DNA of 64,000 nucleotides from an uncultured virus (IMG/VR IMGVR_UViG_3300020156_000368) (Duplodnaviria > Heunggongvirae > Uroviricota > Caudoviricetes): the IMG/VR virus record IMGVR_UViG_3300020156_000368; one strand, 5' to 3'. Both the position numbers and the translations under genes were made by a program. Of this stretch, positions 29,057 to 37,722 are shown piece after piece. The first letter of the stretch is position 1. Each line of letters opens with the position of its first letter. The notes under the pieces were generated by a model. It did not search any database, was not told the DNA's origin, and saw only the letters and a list, made by a program, of their open reading frames with translations.

Positions 29057-29896
29057 ATGTTCACACTCTTTAAAAATAAGCCAAAAAATCGTCTGGTAGA
29101 AAAGCTTTCAATCAATCGGCAATCCGTATGCATTTACGAGCCTAGTTGCTCATACAGCAAATGGGAAGAGTCTCCCTATGTGGACATTTGCGGAGAGCGG
29201 CTTGATATTGATTCGATAGTTGATCTGATCCTGCTTACAGTTCGTTGTTCGAAGGAAAATAAGCCAATAACAATTACTTCTAGTCTGCTGGCTATTCATT
29301 TGGTTCAACTGGGGTTTTGGGATGGATCGCATCCAAGCTATCGCATGGGAAAGAATTTTCCAATTGTCAGTGACTTTATTATGCTTTACGTTCAGAAGCT
29401 GATTGATCTTGGAGTATGGGATAGAATGTTTTCTGAGCGCATTGGTCCGTATCGATTCCATCACACTGACCCTTCTTCCCAGCGCCTTAAATCCAGCGTT
29501 GCTGGAGCGATTATGGAAAATGAAATGATACATGGGCAGCGTAAGCCACATCAGCCTAAAACAAGTATTAGGAAAGGTTACGTAAACATATCTGCCGAAC
29601 GCGCCCAGGAATACCTAGATTCCTATATTAGACGCCACTTGTCTCGCAATCCACGCTTAGCGATGAAGTTGCGCAAGTATTCATTACGAAATAAATTCAT
29701 AAAGCTTACAAACTCAGAAGAGATAAATATCGCAGAAGTAGCTTACTCTTACGCTCGACACCTAAGGGAAAATTACTTCATACCAAATAAGAATCTAACA
29801 GCAATAGCTTTGGCTGAGATATTGCATTACGTTGATCCTGAGCGAAATCTCGATGAATTGATTGATATGGTTATGAGTCAAGTCCACGACGAATAA
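29057..29896 (+). CDS. Hypothetical protein
   Basis: 279-aa ORF with a class I promoter. Confidence 0.7.
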   Translation: MFTLFKNKPKNRLVEKLSINRQSVCIYEPSCSYSKWEESPYVDICGERLDIDSIVDLILLTVRCSKENKPITITSSLLAIHLVQLGFWDGSHPSYRMGKNFPIVSDFIMLYVQKLIDLGVWDRMFSERIGPYRFHHTDPSSQRLKSSVAGAIMENEMIHGQRKPHQPKTSIRKGYVNISAERAQEYLDSYIRRHLSRNPRLAMKLRKYSLRNKFIKLTNSEEINIAEVAYSYARHLRENYFIPNKNLTAIALAEILHYVDPERNLDELIDMVMSQVHDE

Positions 29897-29933
29897 GACC
29901 GCCTAATTATTGTATATAAATTGGAGAAACACA

Positions 29934-30233
29934 ATGACAAAAAAATCCCAGTCAATTAATGTTCAGGACAAAGAGCTTGCTGCAAAAAAAGCAAAGCACA
30001 TAGAGTCTCTATATAAAAATGTTGGCGGCATTCACGCTGTTGATGTAAGTGATCCTGACAAGAAAGACAAAACCAAACCTATTGCTATAACTGTGAAATT
30101 TAAGCAAAAGCCTGACTTTGACTATGGTGCAATCTTCGCAAGTATTGAAGAGGAAATTTTTCCGTTTGAGCTTATTGCACTTGAGAAAGATAAAAATAAG
30201 GTCTACGATAATTACGGCTATGGGATGCTTTAA
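29934..30233 (+). CDS. Hypothetical protein
   Basis: GGAGA RBS before ATG 29934; class I promoter. Confidence 0.65.
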   Translation: MTKKSQSINVQDKELAAKKAKHIESLYKNVGGIHAVDVSDPDKKDKTKPIAITVKFKQKPDFDYGAIFASIEEEIFPFELIALEKDKNKVYDNYGYGML

Positions 30234-31388
30234 TTACCAGCGTTTAGAGTCTCTAGCAATTTTTTCATAAACTCTTAGAGAGCATTGATTATAGCTTTTA
30301 AGTGCCCTGCTACCTTCCATCAGCCATGCATCTTTTTCTTCGCATGTGGCATTTAAAAACTGATCCATTTTGGCTTGTATATCTTCCAAAGAATCAGGCT
30401 GAGCTTGCCAGCTTTTTGGGGTCCATGCAACAGCGGGACTTGTAACTATCAGTACACCTTGACTTAGGAAATCGCAAGTTACGATATTAAAAGATTCTGT
30501 ATATGAAACCTGCATTCCAATATCCATTCTTTTGCATAGTTCAAGAAAATCCTTATGATTTAGCCATGGATGTTGAATCAGTCTGTATTTTTCAGGATCA
30601 ACAGCATTAAAAATGTCTTCCAGATTCTTAATTACAACATCACCACCCATCTCTTTTCTTCCGCTTAAGACATGCAATTCTAACTCTAATCCGCGATCAT
30701 GAGCGTAATTGATTGCAGCCATTACTTGAGAGATAACATTTTTTAATGGGCGAATCGCGCAAAAAATACCAACTCTAACTACAGTACCAATGAACATTTC
30801 AGAAGCCTGTCCATCTTGATGAGGCATGACGTTAGGAAGATATAGTACGTCAACGCCAAAAGCTTTAGAGAATGAAGAGGCAGTTTCTTCGTTGTTAGCA
30901 GCAGCACGAATATTAGCATATCGCTTGCTAAGATCAATAACTTCGGCAAGTCTGGCAAAGCCATTTTTTTCTTGAGCGAGAAAAGTAGGCTTTGAGTGGC
31001 AACATACAATAAACTGGCAAGACGGATAACGTTTCGCCAACTGCTCCAGCTTTAGAGCGCGTACCCAATAAGCTTTGATGATAACGTGAGTAGGACGCTC
31101 TTTGAAAATTACTCTATCAATCTGATTGTCGTCTGTAACTCCAACGCTTTCGGCTTTAAATCCAGCTTCTTGAAGCGCCTGAACAGTGAGGTCTGAAGAA
31201 ACATTAAGCCCCACATATCCCTGTTCCGTGCAATGGTTTACACGAATTTTGTAAACATGCAGAAAGTACGAATCGCCAGGATCATAAGGCTTTGGCTCAC
31301 AAACGGCAACTTTTGGGTCGTTGCAGCCGCAAAGATCATTTAGTAGTTCAGACAGATAGTGAAATATTTTTTTGAAGAAGTTTTTCAT
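30234..31388 (-). CDS. GT-B glycosyltransferase (GT4-like)
   Basis: YLPN, AIRPLKN, SYTESFNIVTCD..SQG..IVTS (Ex7E/D motif). Confidence 0.8.
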   Translation of the reverse strand: MKNFFKKIFHYLSELLNDLCGCNDPKVAVCEPKPYDPGDSYFLHVYKIRVNHCTEQGYVGLNVSSDLTVQALQEAGFKAESVGVTDDNQIDRVIFKERPTHVIIKAYWVRALKLEQLAKRYPSCQFIVCCHSKPTFLAQEKNGFARLAEVIDLSKRYANIRAAANNEETASSFSKAFGVDVLYLPNVMPHQDGQASEMFIGTVVRVGIFCAIRPLKNVISQVMAAINYAHDRGLELELHVLSGRKEMGGDVVIKNLEDIFNAVDPEKYRLIQHPWLNHKDFLELCKRMDIGMQVSYTESFNIVTCDFLSQGVLIVTSPAVAWTPKSWQAQPDSLEDIQAKMDQFLNATCEEKDAWLMEGSRALKSYNQCSLRVYEKIARDSKRW

Positions 31389-31456
31389 GTAAAGCCCCTT
31401 AGAGAGTTATCACTCTACCATTCAGGACTTTTGAAGAATAACCTTCCCCATAAAAA

Positions 31457-31489
31457 AACAAAACCCCCTCAAATTGAGGGGGTTTTGTT
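31457..31489. terminator. Terminator hairpin (T run on the minus strand)
   Basis: AACAAAACCCCCTC-AAATT-GAGGGGGTTTTGTT. Confidence 0.85.
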
Positions 31490-31496
31490 CTACTTC

Positions 31497-32375
31497 TTAC
31501 AAGTTGAAGATTGTCTCGAAGTGAGAAATGTCGATGTCGTTTTCTTTTATGTAGCGTTTGACAGTCTTGTAGTTATTTTGACCCTCTAGCCCCAAATGAC
31601 GAAGAATGTCTTTAATTGAGACAGAGCGTTTCACGGCTTCCACAAATTCATCGTGGGTCCATGATGTTTTTCTAAAGTGAGAGGTGTCGATTCCCAAGTC
31701 ATCAAGAAGCCGCTTAGCATGATCAATGCTCTCTCGTCCTGGCGTGAATCCGCACTTGCGCATAAACTCATACCAATTAAGGCTGGCTTGAGCGATGTTG
31801 TCTACTACGGCTCGTGAAAATTGCTGAGCGTCCATGCGATGAGGCACCCTATTTATATTAAAATGAGAAATGTCAATTCCCCAGCGTTCAATGTACTTCT
31901 TAATTCGAAGCCCATTGGTGATAGAGTAGCCAAGAAGCTGTGCTACTTCAGTGTAGGTGCGAGAAGCCTTGACTGCCTCTTCCATTTGTTCACGGGTAAA
32001 CGATAAGGAACGTTCATTGGGTGGCTTTTTCATTCTTGCCTGTTCAGCTTCAGCGGGATCAACTTTTTTGAAGTCTTTTTTCGTGATGTTGTATTGATTC
32101 ATTAGTCGCTTTAGTTTCGGATAGCTGACTTTCAGAACTTCTTGCGCTTGACTAAGCGTTCTGACCTGACTCACTACATTAAGTAGCTCTTCGCGACTAA
32201 TATCGTTACTGGTTGTGGCGATTGATCTTAGATCAATGTCCATGTCTTTGGCGTGACGCTGAAGAGTGTAATCAGATACACCAAGGGTGCGTGCAGCTTC
32301 GTGAAGCGAACGTGAACTTGAAACTACTTGCTGTAGCTGTTCTTTTGTGAATGATGGTGGTGCTGAGTTTAGCAT
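31497..32375 (-). CDS. Repeat HTH-like protein (about 5 repeats), no nuclease domain
   Basis: Repeats of T.E....AV..S.S..E....LG...GIDISHF. Confidence 0.75.
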   Translation of the reverse strand: MLNSAPPSFTKEQLQQVVSSSRSLHEAARTLGVSDYTLQRHAKDMDIDLRSIATTSNDISREELLNVVSQVRTLSQAQEVLKVSYPKLKRLMNQYNITKKDFKKVDPAEAEQARMKKPPNERSLSFTREQMEEAVKASRTYTEVAQLLGYSITNGLRIKKYIERWGIDISHFNINRVPHRMDAQQFSRAVVDNIAQASLNWYEFMRKCGFTPGRESIDHAKRLLDDLGIDTSHFRKTSWTHDEFVEAVKRSVSIKDILRHLGLEGQNNYKTVKRYIKENDIDISHFETIFNL

Positions 32376-32569
32376 AATGCATTACCTCTTTATTAATATA
32401 GGCATGAGTACAACTCAGTCTCAGCGATATTCATGCCTACTCACACGTGCCACAGTTCCACCTTTTACTAGTACTACCAGTCGAGACTTGAACTTATTCA
32501 CGAAAAATTATTTTTGAACAAAAATTTGTTTTGCGTGTAAGAGAAAGTAAACATTTCAGGTGAGGTATT

Positions 32570-33022
32570 GTGTTAAAAGCACTAACAGGTAGTATATCGT
32601 TTCGAGGACGTGATAATTTCTCAATTGAAAACTTTCTTGATGGGGTTTATTCCTTCGATCAGTCCACGACAAAGAAAATTCTTGAGTTTCCTAGATATGA
32701 ATATGAGGACAACACGCAAACACAGCCAGAAGTAATGGGTTATCATCCTGCTCCAGCTTATCCTCAGCCAGTTGCTGCTGATCCATTTGTCCGCCGCCCT
32801 GCTGTTACGGCTGTATCAGCATCCAGAGGCAAAGCAACAATGGCTTTTCAGGAAAACATTGTTTTGCATGAAACAGAGAAAAAGAACACCATTTTAGAAT
32901 TTCAAAACCAATTCTATCTAATAGAAGAAGAAGAAGTGATTAACTTGCTTCTTGCATATAATCTAGATTGTGAATTACGAAATATGTATGCAGTTTCCCA
33001 TTACGATCACAAGATTAAGTAA
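32570..33022 (+). CDS. Hypothetical protein
   Basis: GAGGT RBS, GTG start. Confidence 0.65.
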   Translation: MLKALTGSISFRGRDNFSIENFLDGVYSFDQSTTKKILEFPRYEYEDNTQTQPEVMGYHPAPAYPQPVAADPFVRRPAVTAVSASRGKATMAFQENIVLHETEKKNTILEFQNQFYLIEEEEVINLLLAYNLDCELRNMYAVSHYDHKIK

Positions 33023-33039
33023 ATCTTAGAGGGACAATA

Positions 33040-33261
33040 ATGGCTAAGGCTCCAGATTACGCAGAACATAAGCGTGACTACATCACTAAAGCCTATCTTG
33101 GCAAATTCGGTATTCATACGATTGGTATAGTTAATAATGCTATTCACATTGGATATACTGCCGTAGATCAAATTAATTATAATAGCATTCTAAAGGAAAT
33201 TGAATTGGATATCTCCCCCTTAAAATTAGTTGTTCATGAGGATAGTAATGATACTATATAA
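33040..33261 (+). CDS. Hypothetical protein
   Basis: GAGGG RBS. Confidence 0.6.
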   Translation: MAKAPDYAEHKRDYITKAYLGKFGIHTIGIVNNAIHIGYTAVDQINYNSILKEIELDISPLKLVVHEDSNDTI

Positions 33262-33574
33262 CAATCGTTATTACGAAGTTGAAGCTGTTGTCGAAGAATT
33301 GCCAGATGGCACAGAAGAAGTCGTACTGGATTTAACTCCAGCAGAAAATTCTTATTACAATGTTAGTTCTCATGAATTGGCATTTGAAGATATTGATTTG
33401 GCAATTAAATTTATCGAAGATTCAATTGTTGTCCCTATTGTAACAACTGCTGAGATAGGTGCTTCAGAATTGCAAAATGTAGCTTCGACTGAAAAAGAAA
33501 GATTACAAATCTTCCGCGAAATTTGCGACGAATATGTAAGTCCATTTCGTGGATATGATTATTACTGGGATTAA
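33248..33574 (+). CDS. Hypothetical acidic protein
   Basis: GAGGA RBS before ATG 33248. Confidence 0.6.
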   Translation: MILYNNRYYEVEAVVEELPDGTEEVVLDLTPAENSYYNVSSHELAFEDIDLAIKFIEDSIVVPIVTTAEIGASELQNVASTEKERLQIFREICDEYVSPFRGYDYYWD

Positions 33575-33576
33575 CA

Positions 33577-34026
33577 ATGAACGTGGCAACAGAATATGAA
33601 AAGATGCAGTTGGTTAAATTTAGAATAGCTGCGTCTATGACTGCTGGCGAAGACACTACATTGTTTAGTGATCTATACCAGAAGCACAAAAGCACCCATC
33701 CGCTTGCGCTTCATGGTGATGCAGTTGCATATTCATTATGGAGACGATGGGGTGGACGTATTTGTATTGGCGAAATTACACTGGACAACAGAAGAATTAC
33801 CCATGCGTGGAACGAGCTTCCAACTGGGTTAATAGTTGATCTGGTTAGTGATTTCTTTGGCGGCGATGGCTATGCTCCCTTTATAGAGGCGAAACAGCAC
33901 ATAAGATACAAAAGACCCCCAAAGCCTCTTGTTCGGTTCTATGACAGATTTCTAACAAATCTTTTTGAGTTAGAAGTTGAAAAAATGATGGAAGTCTTAA
34001 ATGAACGCTACAAGATTAATGAATAA
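33577..34026 (+). CDS. Hypothetical protein
   Basis: HAWNE...IVDL motif, transglutaminase-like but with no catalytic Cys evident. Confidence 0.6.
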   Translation: MNVATEYEKMQLVKFRIAASMTAGEDTTLFSDLYQKHKSTHPLALHGDAVAYSLWRRWGGRICIGEITLDNRRITHAWNELPTGLIVDLVSDFFGGDGYAPFIEAKQHIRYKRPPKPLVRFYDRFLTNLFELEVEKMMEVLNERYKINE

Positions 34027-34079
34027 AAAAATACCTTGATGGTAACAATAGTATTATAGAGAAAGAATCCTAATAAAAC

Positions 34080-35672
34080 ATGTTGTTTGTTGATGAATTG
34101 ACCGAAATTATTGATAGAGCGATCCATGATAGTGGATACTTTAACGATAGTGCCGATCTTATTCAATGCCAAAATGATACAGCATTTGGCGAATACAAAA
34201 CCAACGTGGCAATTAGGATTGCCAGCAAAGAGCAACTAAATCCTGTTTCGCTTGCGGTACAAATAGCTCAAAACATTGAACTGTTTGAAATAGGTTCGGC
34301 TACTGTTCTTGATGGATTGATTTATATCAAGCTAAATCCAGGGTATATTGAGAGAAAGCTGGCGCTGGCATGTCATACTCCCAAACCCAACAAAAGGCAA
34401 CGTATCATCGTTGATTATTCTGGTCCAAACACTGCATATCCGATGCGTGCAGAGTCGTTGCGTTCATCATGTGTTGGCGATGTTATCGCTAATATCCTAG
34501 AACATCAAGGGCATGAAGTAAAAAGGCAAAACCATCTAAAAGATTTCAGCATTCAACTTGGAATGCTGATGCAGCAATTAAATTTCTCTACTGACTTTGA
34601 TGCTAAAGAGTTAGAAAAAGAATACACCATTGCTGTTGAACGCTTTAGAAAAGATAAAGAATTTCAAAAAGAAGCGCATAAACGCTTGCTTTATCTTCAA
34701 AACGGCGGAAAGCGTGAACTTCATCTTTGGTCTGCTATTATGGATGTTTATTTGCCGCAGTTTAACAATCTATACAAGCGGCTAGGCATTAGGCTTAATC
34801 AAAAAGATGAGAAGAGTCAAAGTCAGTATGCACCCTATTGCGGCATGATCGTAACGGAATTGATTACCAAACAGATTGCCGTTGGGAGCTACGGGGCAGT
34901 GGTTTGTCTTACGAAAGACAAAACCCCCATTGTCATTAGAAATGAAGATGGAACGTACACTCCTGCAACCTTTGATCTTGCTGCGATGTTTTATCGTAGT
35001 AAGAACTTAGGCGCTGATAGAATTATTTATGTAAGAGATAAAGAGCAGGTCAAATTCTACAATCAATTATTTCAGATTGCAACGAGCGCAGGATGGTTTT
35101 CAGGCACTAAACCTTCCATTGTTCCAGTGGGCATCATGCTTGGGAAAACTCAGATTAAATTATCAGAATTTGTAGAAGAAGCAATATCATCAGGCGCTCT
35201 TTATTCCAAAAAACTACCTGCTCATGTAGGCATTGGAGCTATTAAATATTCTGCTCTGGCTCATGAATATGGAGATTTTGTTTTCAATTGGGATAAAGCG
35301 CTTTCCAACCAAAGCAACTCTTCACTTTATATTCAAAGTGTTTATGCTAGTATTTGTCACTTATTAAAAGAAAATCTCAGTAGCGACAAGCCGACAAAGG
35401 CAGGTCCAATGAATTTGGAAAAGGTTGCCGAAATGCGACTTGCTTTAAAGTTATTGAGATTCCCTGAAGCAGTTTCAAAAACAGCAAGTGAATTAAATAC
35501 CCAGCACCTTTGTACTTACTTATATGAAGTTGCTCAGGCTTATAATAACATGAGATATCGTTATGAAATTTTAGGGCATGCAGGACGTTTAAAACTTGCA
35601 GCACATACGCTTGATGTACTAGCAGAAGGAACTTATATTTTGGGAATTACCACACCAGAGGCAATGGTATGA
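34080..35672 (+). CDS. argS: Arginyl-tRNA synthetase-like protein with HIGH motif lost
   Basis: FGEYKTNVA N-domain, VDYSGPN..LRS..GD..ANIL, DLAA..YR, VGIGAIKY, FNWD, Y.Q..YA.I, LCTYLYEVA, LGI..PE.M. Confidence 0.88.
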   Translation: MLFVDELTEIIDRAIHDSGYFNDSADLIQCQNDTAFGEYKTNVAIRIASKEQLNPVSLAVQIAQNIELFEIGSATVLDGLIYIKLNPGYIERKLALACHTPKPNKRQRIIVDYSGPNTAYPMRAESLRSSCVGDVIANILEHQGHEVKRQNHLKDFSIQLGMLMQQLNFSTDFDAKELEKEYTIAVERFRKDKEFQKEAHKRLLYLQNGGKRELHLWSAIMDVYLPQFNNLYKRLGIRLNQKDEKSQSQYAPYCGMIVTELITKQIAVGSYGAVVCLTKDKTPIVIRNEDGTYTPATFDLAAMFYRSKNLGADRIIYVRDKEQVKFYNQLFQIATSAGWFSGTKPSIVPVGIMLGKTQIKLSEFVEEAISSGALYSKKLPAHVGIGAIKYSALAHEYGDFVFNWDKALSNQSNSSLYIQSVYASICHLLKENLSSDKPTKAGPMNLEKVAEMRLALKLLRFPEAVSKTASELNTQHLCTYLYEVAQAYNNMRYRYEILGHAGRLKLAAHTLDVLAEGTYILGITTPEAMV

Positions 35673-36232
35673 CAACAGCCTTAGAACCACGTACAATCGA
35701 TTATCTAAAAGCCTTACGCAGTACACTTGGTTATGGCTATGTGTTTGACGAAGAGACATCTTTGATTGTTTATACGGCAGCAGGTTTTTTCTCGGCTGAA
35801 GAGAATAAGCTTCTCTTGGCATTCAGAATATCGCGTTTTGATGATGAAATGATCTGCACTCCAATAATGGTTGTCGAGCACGACAAAACATATGTCCCAT
35901 ATCAGACAGAATTATTGCCGCAAGCAAATGAGGAAGTAGCTCTTTGGATATTAGTAAACAGGCGCGGGTTTCTATTTGATTACAGGCGACTAGGAACTGC
36001 TGTAAGTGGAATAAATAGAATGGTACTAAACTTCTGTCTTACGGTACGCAAATCTAAAAAACGCAGAGCGGTTGAAAATAAGATTATTGACTTCCTTTGC
36101 TCTCTAAATGTTATTGATTGTGATCAGGCAATGTTGCCGTTTAAGCGTGGCGATGGCGCGACTGTAACCAGCACTCGCACCTATATTGAAGAACTGGCTC
36201 AAGAATTTGAAGACAGTAGAAAAATTTGGTGA
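35669..36232 (+). CDS. Hypothetical protein
   Basis: ATGA overlap with the argS-like gene. Confidence 0.7.
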   Translation: MTTALEPRTIDYLKALRSTLGYGYVFDEETSLIVYTAAGFFSAEENKLLLAFRISRFDDEMICTPIMVVEHDKTYVPYQTELLPQANEEVALWILVNRRGFLFDYRRLGTAVSGINRMVLNFCLTVRKSKKRRAVENKIIDFLCSLNVIDCDQAMLPFKRGDGATVTSTRTYIEELAQEFEDSRKIW

Positions 36233-36268
36233 ATATAGATCGTGCTTACTGGTAATCAACATGAGGGA

Positions 36269-36748
36269 ATGAGTATGGCGCGACTAAAGCAGGCTGCAAA
36301 ATGGGTTAAGAAACAAATTGACACCATTAAAGATGCTAGTTACTACGAATACGACACAAAGAGAAATGACATGAGTAAAAACAAGAAAGAAAAAAAGGAA
36401 GAAGCCAAAAAAGAACGCTGGATTCATGTAGGTGAATACTACAGACATCCGAACGGTGATATATACCATGTCGTGGATGTTCCGTATAATCCAGAAGACA
36501 AAAAGTGCTGGGTTCAATATATGAAACTTGGTTCCAACACTACGCTTATTCGGAATCCTGATTCTTTCTTGGGTAAAGCTTGGATTGATGGAAAGCATGT
36601 TCCAAGATTTGAGCGTGTTATTCCAACGAAATATCAGACACAGACTGATGAAAATGGGATTGAAAGAGAAGTTCCTATAGAGTTTGGTTCAGCAGATGAA
36701 GTAAAGCCTGCTGGTAAACGTATGGTCGATTCGAAAGTGACCGTCTAA
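36269..36748 (+). CDS. DUF1653-like protein
   Basis: GEYYRH..G..YHV...VQY..L...R...F...PRF. Confidence 0.65.
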   Translation: MSMARLKQAAKWVKKQIDTIKDASYYEYDTKRNDMSKNKKEKKEEAKKERWIHVGEYYRHPNGDIYHVVDVPYNPEDKKCWVQYMKLGSNTTLIRNPDSFLGKAWIDGKHVPRFERVIPTKYQTQTDENGIEREVPIEFGSADEVKPAGKRMVDSKVTV

Positions 36749-37170
36749 TGATATATGATCTTGAAGATTTTCCCGCTTTAAATTTCGTCTTTAAGAAGTT
36801 AAAACTCATAGATCAGCGAACAGACTTGCTTTGCCTAGATGAATTACCAATCAGAGGCATTATGGTCGATACTGTCCGCAAGGTAGACTCTGCGGGAAGA
36901 CTGTCAAAAAAAATAGATGGACTTGGTATATATTTTGCCAGAACATCTATTGAGCCTCATGTAGATGGATGCGTATATGGTGAACAGATGTTCTGTTGGA
37001 ACAACCAAAGTGGAGATATTGCTCTAATCGATAAAATCGATTGTACATATATAATGAAAACCAGAGTAAAAAATACTCTTTCATTAGAATCAAAGAAGCA
37101 GTTAAAGGTTGTCTATCAATCTGAAAATCTTAAAAAAGTCTTACTAGAAGCGGTGAACAAATTATCCTAG
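36748..37170 (+). CDS. Hypothetical protein
   Basis: TAATG overlap. Confidence 0.65.
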   Translation: MIYDLEDFPALNFVFKKLKLIDQRTDLLCLDELPIRGIMVDTVRKVDSAGRLSKKIDGLGIYFARTSIEPHVDGCVYGEQMFCWNNQSGDIALIDKIDCTYIMKTRVKNTLSLESKKQLKVVYQSENLKKVLLEAVNKLS

Positions 37171-37260
37171 TGAATATTTAAAACGCTTCTTTGTAGGACA
37201 TATTAGATGTATAATAAAAAACAACGACTCCCCCATGGGAGAACAGAAAGAGGTAGGTAA

Positions 37261-37692
37261 GTGAACCTTCCAAAAATCGGACGGGTCTACCGTAACCAAC
37301 AGACCGATAAGTTGTACAAGATTCTCGAAGTGGGCTATGATCCCAACGTTGCACCAGACGACGAGAATCCAGCAGTAGGTCGTGTAGTAATCTACACACG
37401 CTACGGAAGCAATGGAAAAAAGTTGTTCATTCGTTCCATTGAGGACTTTTTCGCTCGTGTTGAAAAGGGCGGAGATGGAGAAGAGGCTGGAAGAGAAGTT
37501 CAGCGCTTCATTCAGGTTGTTCCTAAGACTTTCCGTAGTGTTGAAACTCAGTACGGCGTACTTAAAGTGCCTGAGTCTTGGCGTATTGCGCGTAAGAATC
37601 GCGCACTTGGCGTAGCAGTAGCATCTGAAGATGTTGGAACTGATGGCGAAAGTATCGAATCTGACACAAGCGAATCAGAGACAGAAGCTTAA
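37261..37692 (+). CDS. DUF1653-like protein (second copy)
   Basis: GRVYR...YKIL...VVIY...FIRSIEDF...QRF. Confidence 0.6.
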   Translation: MNLPKIGRVYRNQQTDKLYKILEVGYDPNVAPDDENPAVGRVVIYTRYGSNGKKLFIRSIEDFFARVEKGGDGEEAGREVQRFIQVVPKTFRSVETQYGVLKVPESWRIARKNRALGVAVASEDVGTDGESIESDTSESETEA

Positions 37693-37722
37693 AAAGAGCG
37701 GCTTTCGAGCCGCTCTTTTTTT
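37691..37722. terminator. Bidirectional terminator between convergent genes
   Basis: AAAAAGAGCGGC-TTTCGA-GCCGCTCTTTTT. Confidence 0.9.
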
